This document shows positions 55,646 to 64,000 of a stretch of DNA of 64,000 bases, piece after piece (position 1 is the first letter of the stretch; the number at the start of each line of letters is the position of its first letter). The stretch is from the human T2T-CHM13v2.0 reference genome, Homo sapiens. The position numbers and the translations under genes were made by a program. The notes under the pieces are model-generated. The model was not told where the DNA came from. It saw nothing but the letters and a program-made list of their open reading frames with translations, and did not search any database. The stretch is taken from the NCBI RefSeq assembly GCF_009914755.1, contig NC_060927.1; one strand, given 5' to 3'.

Positions 55646-58600
55646 CATAATGAGAAGATCCATCTTACATCAATAAAAACGCAAAGGACGAAACTTCCAA
55701 ATGAATAAATGAATGAATATAGGTTTGGCTTTTTCATAAATTTATTTTCTCTGTGCTTTGCCTACAAACCTTCTGGCCCCTATTTATTTGGGTTATTAGC
55801 ACAGATCCTCACCCACCCACTTACTAAAGCCAGAAGAGAGAGATTCTAGCTTTTTTCCTAATCCTGGTCTCATTGCCAATTATTTTTTGTTTTGTCTTCT
55901 GGGTGCCCTTGAATTCTTGTCTAACGTTTCTATTTCCAGTGCCTCAGTGACCTTAATTTAAGATCTACTCACTTTTTTTTTAATTTTATGGCCTTATCAC
56001 TTTTATTACTGGCATAGACTGTGAGCACATCACCCTGCAGCTAGTACTGTTGTCTTTAACCTATGTTTCAAACTGCAAGTAAATTACTTTCTGTAAAAGA
56101 CTGATCCGATCATATGGCTTCCCGATTTAAAACCCATGGGGAAAATCTCCATTTTCTAATTATTAACGAAAGCGTAAATTCTTGACATGGTTTATAATGT
56201 GCATGATTATATCTGGCTCTATTTGCTATTTCTCTGCCATGGCAAAGTACCACACTAAGCTGTCTGCTGTTCTCCAAGATCTTTTGCCCACTGGTCTGCA
56301 ATCTTTTCCTAGAACCAGGATTCCCTCATCCTTACTCCACCCAAAGTCACATACACGCACTGTCTCCATCTCTTCAGTTAGTCCTGAACTACCTAGGGTT
56401 TGCTTGATGCCAGAGAAGAGAAAGACTAGTTTTCCATGTATAATTTGAAGAAATATGATGTCCACCTTTCCCATAGGTTTAGGGAATAGAATATTCCAAG
56501 CCAGGTTCAAAGGAGTAGTTTCCTAGATGCTTATATGTATGCCAGGCACATTTTCCACATTCCACTGTCTCTGTCTCTGTGTCCCTCCTAACTTAACCCA
56601 TTCTCATCATTACAACAATCTACTTTTCATAATAAACAGGAAGGACAGAGACACCCTGAGTCTTTTTCTTTAGGGATCCCTTGAAGTGGTTATTTCTTGA
56701 AGCTTGGAAGATCTTTGTACTTGCAATGTACAACACCTGACAATTAGCTCTGTAACAGTCCCCAGATGCACCCAGGTGCTCAGACATTAAGGCACCAAGA
56801 GTATCACTTTAATCTATGCATGTCCTCCCCCATGTCCAGCATCCACACATCAAATTAAGAGGAGCATTACAGTTACATAAATCGGACATAATAAATGTAG
56901 ACAGAGAGAAAGATCTCTCTATCTACTATATTCTAATCACAAAGGAGACTGACTATTCAAATAAACCAAGGCAAAGGAAATGCAGAATGCTATCAGATAT
57001 TCAGCTACTAACCTTAAGTTCTCTTCATCTTATAAGACAACTGTAATCCATTATAAAGGTCCTAACTAGGTGGGGGAGGCAAAGGTTCAAATTGAAATCT
57101 AAACAGGCTAGGCAGCTTTACAGCATCTATCACCCTAAAGAAATATATATAGCATGTGGGAGAGAATGTAAGTAAAGAAACCTGAAAATAAAGAAACAAG
57201 GAGGAAGTCAAAGCGGGCCTGAAGTCCTTTGCTCCTGAAGTTGGGACCCACTAGAGTTCCCCTAGTTCCATTTGAGTGTTCCATTTATTTAGAGAATGCA
57301 AATGCTATGTCATATACCTAGAATGTCCCATTCCATTCTCCACGTGAGTTGTTATTAAGGACTTATCTCTGGAATTTTAATAATCTGCCTGAGACAGGTG
57401 AGGTCTCTCTGATGTTTCCACAGTTTGTTTCTTTCCTCTTTGGTCTTTTTGAGTCTTGTTGGGAACGTTATAATCCTCACCACACTACTGTTACGCTTAC
57501 ATTTGTCTCTCCACTAGATTTTGAACCCTTCCAGAGGAAGGACTTGACTTTTATCTATTTATGAGTTTCTAGTCTTATAAATAACTGACCAACAATAAAA
57601 GTCAGTGGAGTAAATGAGAAAACGAGTCAATAGGTGAAAGGCTAGTGGCCCCTCAGGGCTAAATTACCTGGGAGGAAAATAATCACATGTTTAGGATACC
57701 AGCAAAGTGGAAGCACCAAAAAAATTGGAAAGATATTTTGAAAGACTTTATTGTATGATCTTATTAAAAAGTACCATGAGAGAAATCTCATGTTATTAGA
57801 TTTCCTTACTCTTGTTTTACAGTTCAGAATTGCTTTTATATTATTTTGAATTACATAGGGAGGCCCATCATCTTTTCAAAGCCTAGGGTCTTAAAATCTA
57901 AATTCATCCCTGAGTCTCTCTTTTTTTTAGTCTTTCCACAGTTTAACCCATCCACAAGGTATCAAGCAACTACTGTGTGCCAGGCCTTATGCTAAGTGCT
58001 GGAAATTTAAAGAAAAAGAAATGCTCACCACTTTCATTTACATCTGCTTCAATATTGTACTTCAGGTTATATTTTTCTCCTATCCAATATTTCTAAGAAG
58101 ACCCTCAAACTGTTTCATTTGGAGTACCAATCTTTCAAGGGTAGGTTCCAACTCTGAAATTTTGTCTTGTAAAGCAGCCAGCCCCTAACCAAACAGGCAT
58201 TGCAAGTTTTTTAATGTATATGATGGTGATCACAACCTTTCCCAAGATATGGGAATACAACTGTCATAAGAAAAGCACTTAGAAACTCAGTTTGGCTCTC
58301 TGAAATATTTATAGCAACAAACCTAAACTTGTCCAATTTTTTGCTTCTAATTTTGCTTCCCAAGAAGCATAACCATTTGCTATTATTGCTGAGGAGAAAG
58401 ACTATGATGCAGAGATACCAACGGAAGGGATTTCTTTCCTTAGGTGCCTGCAGCAATGAAAGGAAGATCTGAGATAGTCATCTATGACCACAGTGCTCTT
58501 CAGCAAGCATGTAAAGAATGTTAACAGTTTTGTCAACTTCAGTTGATTAATGGACCTACCTCTTTTGGTTGATACAATTTCTTAAAAATGTGCAGGTGTT

Positions 58601-59234
58601 TCTGTATGGGAAAGTGTTGTGTTTTGGTGCACAGGAGAGGTCCTTCAGAGGAGGTTTCTTTGATCCCTAACAATGTGCCCAAAGGCACAAGCAAGAAAAG
58701 GGTACCCAGCCCTATTCTTTCTTCACAATAAAGGGACCTGGAGTGTGAAGCTGAAGTATCAATCATGGTTCCCAAGTTGTTGACCGCACTCTGAAAGTCT
58801 GAGTTTCCTCCGTAGCTGTGTCCCTTACTAGCTCAGTTCAATTGCAGTTGGTTCACTTCTAAGTCTTAATGATCAGGGCAGAAAGTATGCATGCCCAAGC
58901 TATCCACAGTTGAGGACAGTGAGGCCTAAATCATAGTTTAATGCCTTTTGAAAATAAAACCCTATTACCAACACTGGATTAATGAAACATGTGCACACTC
59001 ATGTGGAAAAAAATGTAGAACAGAAGTTTAATTCATTGTGCTTATGGTAAAAGCTGGTAGTTCCTTTAGAATGGCCATTGTTCAGCTCATATATTCATTA
59101 GATTTATTTATCTCAAGATATAGATAAAGAAAATAAGACAATAGTCTTATTTTCCTATGTGGTCCACTCCTCTAATATCCAGAGGAAGCTGTAACTGGGG
59201 AAAATGCTAATAGTAGTCATGGAAAAAAGAGAAG

Positions 59235-59440
59235 AAAATAAACAATTTTAAATGCTTACTATGTGTCAGTCCCTGTCCTTCCCATAGCTTCTTAACAACC
59301 ATACAGTAAAATTAACCCGATTTTACTGTTGGGGATTGATGTTGACAGAGATTAAATAACTTGACCAAAGGCTCAGAGTAACCTGCCAAGTGAGAATTCA
59401 GATCCAAGGATACTGTTTTCCCTGCATCTACACCTCTTCT
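59235..59440 (-). mobile_element. MIR
   Basis: aatgcttactatgtgtcag...ttaacaacc...cagagattaaataacttgaccaaagg. Confidence 0.6.
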
Positions 59441-60160
59441 GAGCCACAAGGGTGATAGTCATGTTTATGATACTTAACTGAAACAAAACAAATGGAAAAC
59501 TAGCATTCAACTGAGCTCTTTTATCTTGAGTCTTTTTTTCCTTCTTCCCTTCCTGTCTGTCTTTTCTCTTGACTTTTTATATTTGAAATATATCATTCCT
59601 GTTATAAATGCCAATAATACACCAAAAATCTTGACTCTATTCTCTCATAAAAGACAAAATGACTTTTTCCAGACACATTAAGTTAGATGCTTGGCAGTCA
59701 AGAAAAGTGACATAGGATTACATAAGCTAAGAAGAATTGCAGTGTATCGTTGGTATCTATGTTATATTATTTTTTGTGGGGGGGGAAAGGAGCTACCTAC
59801 CAACAACTCATTTTTAGAATGATGTTGGCATCCTATCGTATCTTCTCCAAAAATTTAAGGTTTCTATTCTGACATGCTTGGCAGGAAGGGCAATTTTGCA
59901 TGCCAGTAATAACAATGAGTTATTCAAGGTCACATAGCTTGTACGTGGCAGAGCCAAAGACTCGAATTGAGGTCTGCCTTATTCCAAAGACATGCTCCTA
60001 ACATATTTCGCCATGTTGATGATGAATCTGGCATTAACCACTTATAACACATACCACACATACTTATACATATGCACATGCACATGTATTTTTCCCTTTG
60101 AAAAACATCAAGGAGTACACTTTTCTTTCTTCTTTTTTTCCCCTGGGAGTGTCTCTAGAT

Positions 60161-60360
60161 CTATACTGTCCAATACAGTAGTTATGAACTACATGTTACT
60201 ATTTAAATTATTAAAATTAAAAAAATTAATATATAGTTCTTCAGTCACATTAGCTATATTTCAAGTATTTAGTAGTCGTAAGTGGCTAGTGGCTACTCTA
60301 ATGGACAGCACAGAAATAGAACTTTCTCATTATTGCAGAAAGTTATATTGGACAGTGCTG
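60161..60360. mobile_element. MER3 (hAT-Charlie)
   Basis: TIRs ctgtccaata...tattggacag; gtggctagtggctac; TSD-like ctctagat/ctctaatt. Confidence 0.85.
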
Positions 60361-62224
60361 CTCTAATTCTTTAGTCTGATAGTCTATGTAAATAAAACTG
60401 GTAGTAAAAGTTTATGTAATATATTTGTATTAGATGCCACTATTTAAATACAGCACGTTTCTCTATAAGCATGCGCCTGCTTCAGCTGAAAAAGAGTTTT
60501 AATTCATTCACATACATATGTATTCATTTAACATTTTTCTTGAGTATCTATTATTTGCTTGGTACTGTGCAGAAGCAAGAGAATACAAACATAGTACGTC
60601 TCCTGTGAGTAACTCACAGGCAAATGCTGAAAACAGATATAGAAAAAATGTAATTTCTGTATAATCTGGAGAGTTTTGTAACAGAATTGAATGCTGTGGG
60701 AGCAGGACTATGGTTAATACCACTGTCACTGAGATTGGTGTCAGTAGGGCTACCCTTCTGCTCTTTGAACGATCCAGCAGGACAGTCCTTCAACAAATAA
60801 CCCCATGAGAATTGCATAAATCTACCCTGCCAGTCAGTTATTTAGCTGCTGTCCTCTGACTTGACTCTCTTTCTTTTCACTGTGGCTGAAAATGGTACCA
60901 GGAAGCTGCATAAAACACCAGTGAGCTCTATCCCAACAGCAGGTAGGCATTTCTCTATTTCCTATCCCTGCTTTACAACATAAGATATCTTCTCAAAATC
61001 ACCCCTGAGACACGGGGAAGCCAAATACAAACAGACGGGCCTCTTGCTTCTCCCCAGTAAATCATTTGAAATTAAGAGCACTTCCATTTGGAGCCAAGCA
61101 ACATAGGAATGCTAGAGGGCAAATGCCAGGCTACATGGGAGAATGCAAGAGCTGGCCTACAGGCAAGGTTGAGGCTCCCCACAGCTCTGCGTTAAGATGC
61201 CACTTTTATTATAAGGGAGAGTAAACAATCTTTATCCAGAATCTGTGTGTGTTGGTTTGTGGCTTTAAATAAATAATTCCTAGCTCAATGTTTCAGTCTC
61301 CCTTGTCTAGTTAGAGTTGCAAAGGGAAAATTAAATGGCAAAGTTGTACCACTGGATTACTCCAAGGAATGATCTTAATATTTGACTTGCAAACTGTGAT
61401 TAATACTGCCTAGGTAATGCTTTTTATGGAAGGATGGGATAGTGATCCACGTGTCATTTAGTGAAAGTCGAAGCCAATTACACTTAAAAGGAATCTGAAG
61501 AGTTCATCCTTTGGATCAAAGAGTCAGGGGATATCTGAGCATTCTAGAATTCTTCCCCTGAGAAAAAGAAGCCAAGAGCAGCAAGGAGAAGAGAATGATC
61601 CCATTGTTTAGGGAGGGTGCTCAGGTGGGAGTATTTCCTCCGACAGATCATGGCGTCTGCTTCACATTTTAGTTGCCACCAATTCTGAGGCTCATTTGCA
61701 TATAAAGCATCTGGAATAAGCAAAACTAATTTGAATCTTCTTTGATAAAATGTTAGCTGGATTAAAGGATCAGGTAGCTGGTTCCTTTACAAGATTCACT
61801 GGAGGGAAGTCAGACAGAGAATGAGATAAAATCATTAGGCCAGTACCACACTGGCAACTGTTCCTCTGTAAACTCAGTCTCTGAAAATGGTATGTTGATC
61901 TGGCAGCTCCCTTTCCTCCCCTCCGGACTTCATAGTGATCTACAGCACAGAATTGTTTCACCAGAGATACACCTGTGGCATTCTTATCTTCTCCAAATTT
62001 TTTAGTTCCTTTGATAGTCAGCTTTACCACAGGGCTGGGGGGACACCCAATAAAGTGTCCTACTTTAAACACCTGGGTAAGTCATTGCTACAGTTTCTAT
62101 CAGAACCTATTTTAGGTGGCTTCATCCCCACCCCCCACCCTTTTGGCTAAGATAATATCTGGCAAAAACAGCAATGACACCATTCCTGTACCTAAATGAG
62201 AAGTCATTTTTAAGTGTATCTTTT

Positions 62225-62420
62225 AGAATTCATAACAAAACACAGACTTGTAGCTGGAAGCGATCTTAAGACCTCACAATTAATTCCAATTACTTAATTT
62301 AATAGAAAAGGAAACTGAAACCCAATGAAGCAGAAGTTTCTACAAGATCATATAACCAGTTAATGACTGAGTTAGGCTTAAAATTCCAGACTTCTTATTT
62401 CTAGTCTGTGGTCTGTTCCG
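62225..62420 (-). mobile_element. MIR
   Basis: gctggaagcgatcttaaga...aaggaaactgaaaccca...caagatcatataaccagttaatgac. Confidence 0.6.
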
Positions 62421-62984
62421 TCTAATGCCGGTTTATTCAATTTTATTCAACAAGTAGTTATCAAGAAACACCTAGGAGAAAACATCTCTCGTCTAGGCTC
62501 TGGGGAAAAACAAAGATGATGAATATGCAATTATGTTCTCAAGGAGCTTACAGTTAAATAGAAGGACAAAGCTATTGATATAAATAAAAGAAAAGTGGCC
62601 TAAGAAAGAGAAATAAAAATGCTATTGGTGTTCAAAAGAAGGGGAAAATGGAGTTCTGGAGCTATAGAGAATTTTCTAAATGAGGGTAAGCAATTGATTA
62701 CGATATTGGGTAACTTTTGTTATTGTTTCAACCTTTCACATTTTGAATTAATCTATTGGCCCACTGTGGTGAGAGTGAGGATGTGCCCTAGGACAAGGCC
62801 ATGGCATATATATCTACATGCTAATAAGGAGTGATGCAGGCCAGCTTAGCGATGCCTGCCATTCCTGCATGCCTCCTTTTTTTTTTTATTTTGTCATGCT
62901 TCGTGGATCTGGATCTTCATTATCATCTCTCTAGGACCATTCAAGAAATAAAGTACCTTGAGGAAGATCTCTTCTATTTTGTTT

Positions 62985-63140
62985 GCTGAGCATTTTTTTT
63001 TTATCATGAATAGGTGTTGAAGTTTGTTAATTAACTTTTTTTCTGCATCTGTTGAGATGATCTGATTAAATGATTTTTCTTTTTTTAGTTTGTTAATATG
63101 GTGAGTTACATTGATCAATTTTTGTTCACAGTTCATTTGC
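62985..63140 (-). mobile_element. L1M ORF2 fragment
   Basis: ttttctgcatctgttgagatgatc...tttagtttgttaatatggtgagttacattgat; translation IISTDAEK is ORF2-like. Confidence 0.7.
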
Positions 63141-63152
63141 AGAAAATGAATA

Positions 63153-63364
63153 TTTTTCTTCCTCCCTCCCTTCCTTTTTCTTCCTCCCTCCTTCCTTCCC
63201 CCTTCTTTCCTTCCTCTCTTCCTTTCTTCTTCCCCTTCCTTCCTTCTTCTTCTACTTCCCTTCTCTGCTTTCATTCTTCCTTCCCTCCTCTGCTTTCATT
63301 CTTCCTTCCCTCCTCTGCTTTCATTCTTCCTTCCTCCTCTCTTCTTTCCTTCCTCCTTTCCTTT
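63153..63364. repeat. CT-rich polypyrimidine repeat with a 25-bp unit x3
   Basis: No purine from 63153 to 63253; ctctgctttcattcttccttcc at 63263, 63288 and 63313. Confidence 0.93.
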
Positions 63365-63418
63365 ATATTATTTTTGAATGTAGAAAGCAGAAGCATGCAT
63401 TTTAAAATAAGTCCCTAT

Positions 63419-64000
63419 TGTTGGTGCTCAGAAACAGATACTGCAGAATGTGGCGCTTTGACTTGCTGGACTGAAGAGGCACTCAAGGTCTCTCCGACCT
63501 TCCCAGCCCTCACTCCTGTCTCTCAGTCCTCTTTCTCTCCTGATGCACAGGATGAAGTTGTCCTCTGAAGTTTTCTTATCTGCCTGAAGTCCAGATTCAC
63601 CCAAGAAAAAAACAAATCATCTCTGTTCCCTTCCCTGAGTTTTCATTAACTCACATCCCCGGGAGAGTGAAGTCGGTCAGCATATGTGACAGACTTTTGT
63701 TACAAACTGCTATCTGCTCTGTGGGCCCAATAGACTTTGTCCCAGGCCATTGTATGTTCTCCAAGTCCATTTATTGTCCTCTGAAAATCATTTGCTATCA
63801 CCCAAATTGCCACCCATTTTCCCATCTCTGTTCCTTATGTAGAAGGGTACTATATGCATCTGTACCCCATTGGGTTATTGGGTAATCATTCCCCTGCACT
63901 TCCCCCAAACTATGCATGTTGAAATAAAATATTGTACCCATTTTCTCCTATTAACCTGCCTTTTGTAAGTTGATTTTTAGCAAACCTTCAGAACGCAAAG
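63419..64000 (+). mobile_element. MER34-family ERV1 LTR (runs off window end)
   Basis: tgttggtgctcagaaa...tggcgctttgacttgctggactgaag...caaggtctctccgacctt...aataaa...gatttttagcaaaccttcag. Confidence 0.78.

Noticed and set aside
62894-63568. Longest ORFs in the window (126 and 156 aa)
   Set aside because: They are low-complexity translations of the CT-rich repeat plus L1 and LTR fragments.

Overview
Simian-primate (probably human) genomic DNA that is intergenic or deep intronic. I recognise no protein-coding exon, RNA gene or CpG island. The supplied ORFs are best explained by repeats (Alu, L1 ORF2 remnants, LTRs, tandem repeats) or by chance. Much of the window is interspersed repeat: Alu J/S and monomers, L1M/L1PA, L2, MIR, MaLR/ERVL/ERV1 LTRs, and hAT and Tigger DNA transposons. 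Subfamily names come from my recall of consensus sequences and need RepeatMasker/Dfam confirmation; boundaries of old repeats are approximate. I cannot support a new multi-gene biological system here. The most unusual structure is one MLT2A solo LTR (43650-45480) whose short internal (TA)n has grown to about 1.4 kb. It holds a 33-bp minisatellite that changes stepwise into a tandem of 32-bp perfect palindromes, plus an 81-bp copy of unique sequence from 3.86 kb upstream. Also notable are a 2.5-kb AT-rich compound minisatellite (4078-6630) and several small templated or duplication scars.
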